Positions 57,356 through 64,000 of a stretch of 64,000 nt of DNA are shown here, in pieces (the first letter of the stretch is position 1; each line of letters opens with the position of its first letter). The DNA lies in contig DBJE01000001.1 in assembly GCA_002297045.1 (NCBI GenBank), positions 46,168-110,167 of the forward strand, in the 5' to 3' direction. The position numbers were made by a program, and so were the translations under genes. Origin of the DNA: Bacillales bacterium UBA784. Its GTDB lineage: Bacteria > Bacillota_I > Bacilli_A > RFN20 > CAG-288. The notes below the pieces were generated by a model. The model did no database searches. It was not told the DNA's origin and worked only from the letters and a program-made list of their open reading frames with translations.

Positions 57356-57483
57356 TTTTTATACTGAAAAAGTAAACCGCATCCAAATCTGCTATTGAAA
57401 AACGAAAAAACTGTTTTCTTCCGTCTTTCCCCCACGACAATCCGTTCTTCCTCTTTTGTGAATTCTGGCACAAAAACTTTCTG

Positions 57484-57511
57484 TTGACATTCCCACTCCC
57501 TGTTTTATACT
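57484..57511 (+). promoter_or_regulatory. Sigma-70-like promoter of the potABCD operon
   Basis: TTGACA-N16-TATACT, about 40 nt upstream of the ATG at 57552. Confidence 0.55.
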
Positions 57512-57551
57512 TTATTCGCCCATAAGGGCAGAAAAGAAAAAACGGTAAATT

Positions 57552-59408
57552 ATGGCACGGAAAATCCTTGAACTGAGAGGAATAAGAAAGGCTTACGGAG
57601 ACGATGTCATCCTCGACAATCTGAATCTCTCGGTAAACGAGAACGAATTCGTGACGTTCCTTGGTCCTTCCGGATGCGGAAAGACGACGACTTTGCGGAT
57701 TATTGCCGGCTTTGAGTCTAGGCAGGCAGGAGAGGTCCTTCTAGACGGAAGGGACATTTCCTCCCTTCCTGCCCATAAACGTCCCATCAACACAGTCTTC
57801 CAGAAATATGCCCTGTTCCCTAACAGGAACGTCTTTGACAACATTGCCTTCGGACTAAGAAACAATGTCTACTCCAATGTCTATGACATCGGGACAAGGA
57901 ACAGGAGGAAGGAAAACGGTTTCTCCGAAGAGGAAATCGACTCTTTAAGGAAGACTCTCTCCCACATCGACAAACCAAAGGATGTGAAAAAGTATGTTAC
58001 GGACCTTTTCAGGTCGGGTTCCCTACCCTATAAGGCCCTCCGCCTTCTTTCCGCCTCGGAAAAAGAAAATAAGCATAAGAAGTACGGAAAAATAAAAGAC
58101 CAATGGCAGAAGATACTCTCGCCTTTAAAAATTGATTTAGAAAAATACGATATCCCGGATGGATTTTCTTTCCGGAAGGCAAAAAAGACCCTTTTTTCCT
58201 TATTGGAAAAGGACGATAGGTACGCAAAGATGATTAACCGGCTGAATTCCCGCTCCTTTAAGGAAGAGGTCATTAAAGGGGAAGTCTTTAAGGCCCTTAA
58301 GCTCGTCAACCTGGAAGGATACGGCGACCGTGACATCTCCTCCCTCTCCGGAGGGCAGAGGCAGCGTATCGCCATAGCGAGAGCCATCGTCAACAAGCCC
58401 CGTATCCTTCTTCTTGACGAGCCTCTTTCCGCCCTTGACCTCAAGCTCCGTAAGACTAGGCGTCTAGAGCTAAGAGAGAGGCAGAGAAAACTCGGCATCA
58501 CCTTTATCTTTGTCACCCATGACCAGGAGGAGGCCATGGTGATGAGCGATACCATCGTCGTCAGGAACGAAGGGAAGATCCAGCAGATGGGACGTCCTGA
58601 GGATATTTATAACGCCCCAATCAATCGCTTTGTCGCTTCCTTTATCGGTGCGGCGAATATCTTCCCTGGCGTGTATTCCTCTTCCGGACGCCTTACTAGG
58701 CTAAATAAGACCTTCAAGGTCTCTGCCCACGACTTCATGCCTGGCGATCCTCTTTATGTCATTGTCGAAAAAAAGGATATCGACATCTGTACTAGGGAGA
58801 ACAGCAAGTTCAAAGGTAAGATTAAAAGCGTTTCCTTCGACAGCAACAAATATCTTCTTACTGTCTTAGTCGGAAACACAGAAATCACCGTTGAGACGGA
58901 CGATAAGTACTCTATCGGGGAGGAAATCGGAAGGACTATTGCCCCAAGCAATATCTACTGCGAAAGCAGGAAGGAAGACAAAAAGAGCCTTTTACAGAAC
59001 TACGAGGACGGCAATATTTTGGAAGGGACGTATCTTGGATATCAGAAGGTGGCCTTTTTAGGGGCAGTATTCAACACGTATATCACAACCTTTATCCCCG
59101 GAGAAGTCGTCGATGCCGTCATCCGTCCGGAGGACTTTGATCTAGTCATCGAGAATCCGGAGAAGGCAATCCTCTGTGGCAAGGTGACGAAAAGCGTCTT
59201 CACCGGAGTCTTCTTTGAACTCTGGGTGGATGTCGGTGGGACGATCATTCTTGTCGAAGACTATCAGAACGTCGCGGTCGGAGACACCCTCGGCCTCAAG
59301 GTCGATTCCTATGAAATCCATAGGAGGAAGGTGGAAGACGATAGACAGCCGGAGAGTATCCGCTTAATCCGGGACAAGGCGAAGAAGGAAGAAGGGGAAC
59401 GGAAATGA
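57552..59408 (+). CDS. potA: Spermidine/putrescine ABC transporter ATP-binding protein with a large insertion (618 aa)
   Basis: [28 protein letters not shown] and [11 protein letters not shown]. About 150 aa (...[21 protein letters not shown]...[10 protein letters not shown]...) separate the Q-loop region from the signature motif. A long C-terminal extension follows. Confidence 0.8.
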   Translation: MARKILELRGIRKAYGDDVILDNLNLSVNENEFVTFLGPSGCGKTTTLRIIAGFESRQAGEVLLDGRDISSLPAHKRPINTVFQKYALFPNRNVFDNIAFGLRNNVYSNVYDIGTRNRRKENGFSEEEIDSLRKTLSHIDKPKDVKKYVTDLFRSGSLPYKALRLLSASEKENKHKKYGKIKDQWQKILSPLKIDLEKYDIPDGFSFRKAKKTLFSLLEKDDRYAKMINRLNSRSFKEEVIKGEVFKALKLVNLEGYGDRDISSLSGGQRQRIAIARAIVNKPRILLLDEPLSALDLKLRKTRRLELRERQRKLGITFIFVTHDQEEAMVMSDTIVVRNEGKIQQMGRPEDIYNAPINRFVASFIGAANIFPGVYSSSGRLTRLNKTFKVSAHDFMPGDPLYVIVEKKDIDICTRENSKFKGKIKSVSFDSNKYLLTVLVGNTEITVETDDKYSIGEEIGRTIAPSNIYCESRKEDKKSLLQNYEDGNILEGTYLGYQKVAFLGAVFNTYITTFIPGEVVDAVIRPEDFDLVIENPEKAILCGKVTKSVFTGVFFELWVDVGGTIILVEDYQNVAVGDTLGLKVDSYEIHRRKVEDDRQPESIRLIRDKAKKEEGERK

Positions 59409-60208
59409 AACGCTTCAGAGGGCTTGCCATCCCTTATGCCATCTGGCTGCTTTTTCTTTTCTTTCTTCCCCTTTTCGTCAGGTTCGTCCTTAGCTTCAGG
59501 GATGCCAACGGCATGGACTTCTCTTCGGCTGTCGCTTCGCTTGAGAATTACCAACGGCTTAGCGATCCTTCCATTTATAAGGCTGTCCTTAATTCTCTTC
59601 TTGTGGCTCTGGAGACCGTCTTCTACTCCTTCGCCCTTGGTTATCCTACCGCCTATTTCATCTCCTTTTCTAAGAGGAAGCATAAAAGGCTCTTCCTCCT
59701 TCTTTTGATCCTTCCTAGGTGGTCTAACTCCATGCTCCGGTTTGTTTCCTGGCTCCGTCTTTTCTCTACCGATGCCTTTAAGGCTCTTGATTTACTTGGG
59801 ACCAATAAGGCGGTAGTCCTTGTCTCGGTGACGACCTATCTTCCTTTTAGGATTTTTCCTATTTATACCGTATTGGAAAAAAGGGACCGCTCTCTCATCG
59901 AAGCAAGCCGGGACTTAGGGGTAAACAGCGTCAAGACCTTCTTCAAGGTCACTTTCCCTCTTTCCAGGAAAGGAGTCTACTCTGGGGTTCTCATGGTCTT
60001 CCTTCCTTCCGCCACTGAGTTTGCCATCTCCCAGACCATCGGCCAAGGCAAGGTAAGACTCATCGGCAACCTCATCCAGTCCGTCTTCGAAAAGAACAAT
60101 TTCGGATTCGGATCCCTTCTCTCCATCCTTCTTTCCCTGATCATCATTCTTAGGATCATCCTCTTCTCCAAGAGGGGGAACAGAAAGGAGGCGAAGGCCA
60201 ATGCTTGA
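59405..60208 (+). CDS. potB: Spermidine/putrescine ABC transporter permease
   Basis: Six TM spans, an EAA-like loop ([21 protein letters not shown]), and an overlapping start. Confidence 0.8.
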   Translation: MKRFRGLAIPYAIWLLFLFFLPLFVRFVLSFRDANGMDFSSAVASLENYQRLSDPSIYKAVLNSLLVALETVFYSFALGYPTAYFISFSKRKHKRLFLLLLILPRWSNSMLRFVSWLRLFSTDAFKALDLLGTNKAVVLVSVTTYLPFRIFPIYTVLEKRDRSLIEASRDLGVNSVKTFFKVTFPLSRKGVYSGVLMVFLPSATEFAISQTIGQGKVRLIGNLIQSVFEKNNFGFGSLLSILLSLIIILRIILFSKRGNRKEAKANA

Positions 60209-61058
60209 GAAACAGACCTTTCTGACTAAACTCCTTAGCGGCCTTAAGGCATTCTTCGTCGTCCTTGTCTTTTCTTTAAGGTATGTTCCTATCGCCATCA
60301 TCATCTATCAGTCCTTTAACGCCTCGGCCAATTCCATGATTCCGCTTAGTTTCGGCGGGTTCACCCTAGATAACTACAAAGCCATCTTCACGGACAGACA
60401 GCTTTATGTCTCCATCCTCGATTCTCTTCTTGTCGCCTTCTGGACGACTCTTATTGCCACCGTATTCGGTGTCTTTGCCTGCATAGGCATCCATGCGCTT
60501 GGCAGAAAAGCCCGCAAGTGGATGGACTTTCTAAACGAGATTCCTAGGCTGTCCTCGGATATCGTCATCGGCATATCAAGGAGGATTGTCTTTTCTCTTC
60601 TCCGTCCTCTCTTCCCCAAAATCTTTGGTTTCTTCTCCAGGCTTATCGCCCATGTCTTCTTTACCGTCCCTTATGTCATCAGGATGGTCCTTCCTAAGCT
60701 TGACTTATCCGACGAATCCCTCTTTGAGGCATCCATTGATTTAGGCTGTCCGCCGGTGAAAAGCCTTTTCAAGGTCATCATCCCCTCTTTGACCACAGCG
60801 ATTTTAAGGGGAGCCCTGATTGCCTTCACCCTCTCCATCGACGATTTCGTTATTTCCTTCTATACCCAAGGAAACGGATTCTCCAACTTCTCCAACTATG
60901 TCTATTCTTCCTACACCAAGAAGAACTTCTCGGCAGGGAGCTATGCCTTTAACGCCTTGCTCACTTTTCTCACTCTCTTCATTGTCCTTTTAGTCTCCCT
61001 GAAAAGCACGAAAAAGAAGGAAAAGAATAAGAAGCTGAGGAGGCAGAAGAAAAAATGA
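60201..61058 (+). CDS. potC: Spermidine/putrescine ABC transporter permease
   Basis: Six TM spans, EAA-like FEASIDLGCPPVKSLFKVIIP. Confidence 0.8.
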   Translation: MLEKQTFLTKLLSGLKAFFVVLVFSLRYVPIAIIIYQSFNASANSMIPLSFGGFTLDNYKAIFTDRQLYVSILDSLLVAFWTTLIATVFGVFACIGIHALGRKARKWMDFLNEIPRLSSDIVIGISRRIVFSLLRPLFPKIFGFFSRLIAHVFFTVPYVIRMVLPKLDLSDESLFEASIDLGCPPVKSLFKVIIPSLTTAILRGALIAFTLSIDDFVISFYTQGNGFSNFSNYVYSSYTKKNFSAGSYAFNALLTFLTLFIVLLVSLKSTKKKEKNKKLRRQKKK

Positions 61059-62239
61059 AAAAGATTGCCGCCATTCTGGCATTCCTGATTTCCTTTACCG
61101 TCTTTGCCGTCCTTGTCATCTCCACCCCAAGCTCCGTCCTCTACCTGCTTAATTGGGGCGAATACATCTCCCAGGACCTAGTCAAGCAGTTCGAAAAGGA
61201 ATACTCCTGCCAGGTCATCGAGGAGGATGTCACCTCAAGCGAGGCTAGGTACCAGAAAATCCTCTCCGGGGCCACGGCCTATGACGTGGCCATCCCCGGC
61301 GACTATACGGTGGAACAGTTATACAAGGAAGGATACCTGAAGAAAAGGGACGTAACAGACAAAGACTATCCTTATCTCTCCGCTTATCAGGGTGCCTTCC
61401 AGTCCTCCCTCTCTTCCTTAAGGGACGATTATGACGTAAAGAGAGAGTACTATAGGCCTTATTTCTGGGGTTCCTATTCCCTTTTATACTCCACAAGAAA
61501 GGAAGGAAGGGAAAAGGCGGTGAAGGAGAAAGGCTTTTCGACCCTTTATGACCGCTCCCTTCTTCCTAACGGGGCAAAGGTAGGAAGGTATGACACCTCC
61601 CGATGGATCGTCGCCTCCTATCTATTAAGCAAGGGAAGGAATCCGAACCTCGTCGATCTTTCAACCGGCTCGGAGGAAGGAAACCTCTCTTCCAGCCTGC
61701 AGGAGGAGATTGTCTCCGCTTTAAAGAAGGAACAGTTCGATGAGTTCGGAAACGATCAATTGAAACGCAACGTGGCTAGCGGAAGCCTTGACCTTGCCTT
61801 CGTCCAGTCCGGTGACTTTTTCGACGCCCTCTATCTCTCCCTAAGCCAGAGCGACGAAGAGGTATCCTTTAATCTGTCCGTTCCTCCCACCACGGCTGCC
61901 TTTTTTGACTCCATGGTCATTCCGACGACTTCCAAGAACGGCAAGCTCGCCAATGCCTTCATCGATTTCAGGAGGAACCCGGTAAATGCCTTTGTCAATG
62001 CCAAGGCCATCGGTTATTCTCCGACCCTAAAAGGCGTCTCTGCCTTATACAAGGAAAGCGCGGAAAACGGGGAAGACTACTATAAAGACGGAAAGAAGGA
62101 AGTCAAAAGGAGCGACTTTCTTTCTTCCTATCCTTATTACCTTGATCCTCTTTATCAGACCAAGACGGTCTACCGCCTAAAGCCGAAGGATAACTCCTAT
62201 CTCACCACCTGTGAGACCATCTTCAACCACCTTGCCTAG
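61055..62239 (+). CDS. potD: Spermidine/putrescine ABC transporter substrate-binding protein
   Basis: N-terminal membrane anchor, YLLNWGEYISQDLVKQFEKEY PotD-like start, and operon context. Confidence 0.7.
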   Translation: MKKIAAILAFLISFTVFAVLVISTPSSVLYLLNWGEYISQDLVKQFEKEYSCQVIEEDVTSSEARYQKILSGATAYDVAIPGDYTVEQLYKEGYLKKRDVTDKDYPYLSAYQGAFQSSLSSLRDDYDVKREYYRPYFWGSYSLLYSTRKEGREKAVKEKGFSTLYDRSLLPNGAKVGRYDTSRWIVASYLLSKGRNPNLVDLSTGSEEGNLSSSLQEEIVSALKKEQFDEFGNDQLKRNVASGSLDLAFVQSGDFFDALYLSLSQSDEEVSFNLSVPPTTAAFFDSMVIPTTSKNGKLANAFIDFRRNPVNAFVNAKAIGYSPTLKGVSALYKESAENGEDYYKDGKKEVKRSDFLSSYPYYLDPLYQTKTVYRLKPKDNSYLTTCETIFNHLA

Positions 62240-62298
62240 CCTCCTTCCTTTGGAAAGGAAGTGCCAAAGAGAACCTGGACATCCTTTTACGTTTATAG

Positions 62299-62327
62299 AC
62301 AGGAAAGCGGTTTCCTGTTTGTTTGTT
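62299..62327 (+). terminator. Rho-independent terminator after potD
   Basis: ACAGGAAA-gcgg-TTTCCTGT followed by TTGTTTGTT. Confidence 0.7.
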
Positions 62328-62416
62328 CACCCTTTGGGACATAAAAGCCTTTCCTGAATGTTTTCGCTGTTTTTACAAGGATATAATAATTTGCTTAGAC
62401 ATTAAAAGGAGCTAAT

Positions 62417-64000
62417 ATGAAAAAGCATTCTTTGACGATCATTGCCCTTCTCTCCCTTCTTTTATCCGGCTGCAAACAGCAGGGGGATTCAACTTCTTCC
62501 CCTACCTCTTCTTCTACTTCCGATGTTGTCTCGGAGCTACCTTCCGCAAGCAGCAAGCCGAGCGAAAGTCCTTCATCCGATTCCCATTCCACCGCCGGGG
62601 AAGGAAGCTCTTCTAGCGGAAGCACTTCCACTTCCTCTGCCTCTGCTTCCCAGGACTTACAGAAGAACAAATGGCCGACAGATGTCCAGGATAAGAGGAA
62701 ACAGTACCTTGGCGGAGAACTGCTTCCTTATATTAACTTAGGGGACAAGAAGCTAGTCACTGCCGAGTGGGTACAGGCGGACGAATGGGACTATGACTCA
62801 AGGGACCACCTCGAGATTTCCGGCACTGCCGTCTATGACAATGTCCTCACGGCAAGCTTTAAGACTGCCTTCGAGGCAGACGGATATACTGTCTCCCCGT
62901 CCGATACTTCCTACACTGCGAAGAATACCATCAAAGGGCTGACCGTAACTCTCAAGAAGAGGGCAAGCGATGACGATACAGCCCTTATCCAGGCCGTCTA
63001 TGAAGAGCCCTATGATCCAAGTCAGTTCACGGCGTGGCCGAGCAATGTTCTTGATAGCTTCAATCAGTATTTCAATAACCATGGGAACGACATTCCTTTG
63101 ATTTATCTTGGAACGAAAAATCCAAGCGTGGAGTGGGATTCGATTTATAACAAGCTGACCCTTAAGGGACCTAAATGGGACGACCGCATCCTTACCGATG
63201 CTAAGGCCACCTTCTCCGGAAACCAGTGGGAAATCTCCCCGGATTCCACCTCGGTAAAGATTATTGCCACAAAGACAATTTCCGGGGATAAATTCACCAT
63301 CACGTTGCAGAAGGTTAGTTCGTATTATTCCTCAGACTATCAGCCAAAGAGGGAAATCCAGAGGCAGGAAGGCTTTAATCCTTCTTCGCTCACGGCCTGG
63401 CCGGATGATGTGAAGACAGACTTAAGCACGGCCCTAAACGGCCATGTCCCTCCCTTTGTCTACCTAGGGACGAAGGATCCCACCACCAACGTCATTGACC
63501 GAAAGAAGGAAATCGACGTCAATGGCGGAACCTTTGATAAGCAGATCCTTACCTTGGCGGATGATGCCTTTAATAAGGAAGGCGGATGGACGGTGAAGGA
63601 AGATCATTCCACTGAGAATAGCCCAAGTGTCTGGAAGGTCTGGCAGAAGACCTATGACGATGGAGACAGGGTTGAGGCAAAGCTCTGCCAAACCTATTCT
63701 TCCAAAAAAGCCTATAGGGCCTATTACTATCACGAAAAATTCGATGCCGAAAACCTAACTAGCTGGCCAAATGAAATCCAGACCTCTCTCTCTTCCACCT
63801 TCGCCGGAGACGACATTCCCTTTGTTTATCTTGGAACAAAGACTCCTAAGGGAGATGCCTCTTCGTCCGGAAAATACAGGACCATCACCGGCGGATACTG
63901 GGACGACCAGATTCTTGCCCTTGCCGAAAAGGCTTTTACTAAGGAACTTGGCTGGACAAAGGTATCCTCGCTTCTTTCAAGCGAAAAGAACGGCCCATCG
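62417..64000 (+). CDS. Lipoprotein with S/T-rich linker and three ~115-120 aa internal tandem repeat domains, 3' partial (continues beyond the window)
   Basis: ATG at 62417 follows AAAAGGAG. Signal peptide MKKHSLTIIALLSLLLSGC. The reading frame stays open to position 64000. Repeats contain (F/L)T(A/S)WP...(D/N)(I/V)PF(I/V)YLGTK... at about 63030, 63390 and 63755. This ORF is not in the supplied ORF track. Confidence 0.65.
   Translation, partial: MKKHSLTIIALLSLLLSGCKQQGDSTSSPTSSSTSDVVSELPSASSKPSESPSSDSHSTAGEGSSSSGSTSTSSASASQDLQKNKWPTDVQDKRKQYLGGELLPYINLGDKKLVTAEWVQADEWDYDSRDHLEISGTAVYDNVLTASFKTAFEADGYTVSPSDTSYTAKNTIKGLTVTLKKRASDDDTALIQAVYEEPYDPSQFTAWPSNVLDSFNQYFNNHGNDIPLIYLGTKNPSVEWDSIYNKLTLKGPKWDDRILTDAKATFSGNQWEISPDSTSVKIIATKTISGDKFTITLQKVSSYYSSDYQPKREIQRQEGFNPSSLTAWPDDVKTDLSTALNGHVPPFVYLGTKDPTTNVIDRKKEIDVNGGTFDKQILTLADDAFNKEGGWTVKEDHSTENSPSVWKVWQKTYDDGDRVEAKLCQTYSSKKAYRAYYYHEKFDAENLTSWPNEIQTSLSSTFAGDDIPFVYLGTKTPKGDASSSGKYRTITGGYWDDQILALAEKAFTKELGWTKVSSLLSSEKNGPS

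Noticed and set aside
1-64000. CRISPR arrays, rRNA/tRNA genes, IS elements/transposases, integrases
   Set aside because: No regularly spaced direct repeats, no tRNA-like cloverleaf or T-arm GTTCGAATC motifs, and no transposase- or integrase-like ORFs were recognised anywhere in the window.

Overview
The window is a 64-kb bacterial chromosomal segment read with the standard genetic code (TAA, TAG and TGA all terminate ORFs). Lipobox-type lipoproteins (LLSGC, LVGC) are frequent and GC content is moderate. The organism cannot be identified from sequence alone. A PotA ATPase with a large insertion and the lipoprotein-rich, pectinolytic gene content resemble Mollicutes-related Firmicutes or spirochaete-like saccharolytic bacteria.

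Central block (~11-39.3 kb): a large pectin, galacturonate and rhamnogalacturonan utilisation locus. The 26.5-39.3 kb part reads as a single ~13-kb plus-strand operon. The genes are:
- Fe-type alcohol dehydrogenase;
- KduD-like SDR oxidoreductase;
- CE4 deacetylase;
- KdgK sugar kinase;
- SGNH acetylesterase;
- two MsmX-type ABC ATPases;
- a MATE-like transporter fused in-frame to a GH105 hydrolase;
- uxaB, uxaA and uxaC;
- CE8 pectinesterase;
- LplABC-type ABC importer, whose binding-protein gene carries an in-frame TAG;
- five small membrane proteins of unknown function;
- GH28 polygalacturonase;
- a PucR-like HTH protein;
- KDPG aldolase;
- GntR regulator;
- KduI.

A palindromic motif CTTGTATACAAG occurs three times at promoters in this locus and is a probable operator.

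Left part (1-10.9 kb):
- two lipoproteins with bacterial Ig-like domains;
- a COG1373-type ATPase inactivated by a frameshift in an A-run;
- an unexplained GC-rich transcribed element with its own terminator;
- a visibly low-GC islet encoding a secreted trypsin-like protease plus a coupled lipoprotein;
- two tandem YfcE-type phosphoesterases;
- a polar amino acid ABC importer preceded by a ~300-nt structured leader.

Right part (39.3-64 kb):
- DUF368 membrane protein;
- NifX-like protein;
- serpin-like lipoprotein;
- a NUDIX gene overlapping the 3' end of a PLD-nuclease/SF2-helicase/DUF3427 gene;
- PanE-like reductase;
- a 1063-aa UvrD-like helicase carrying an embedded Vsr/DUF559-like nuclease module and topoisomerase-type zinc ribbons;
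- guanine deaminase-like amidohydrolase;
- a decayed second copy of the COG1373 ATPase next to an AT-rich scar;
- MBL-fold hydrolase;
- an Fe/thiamine-type ABC importer;
- potABCD;
- a repeat-containing lipoprotein running off the window end.

No rRNA, tRNA, CRISPR array or transposase was recognised.

The candidates most worth follow-up as undescribed systems are the helicase-nuclease pair at 42-50 kb, the MATE-GH105 fusion, and the membrane-protein quartet around the second MsmX ATPase.
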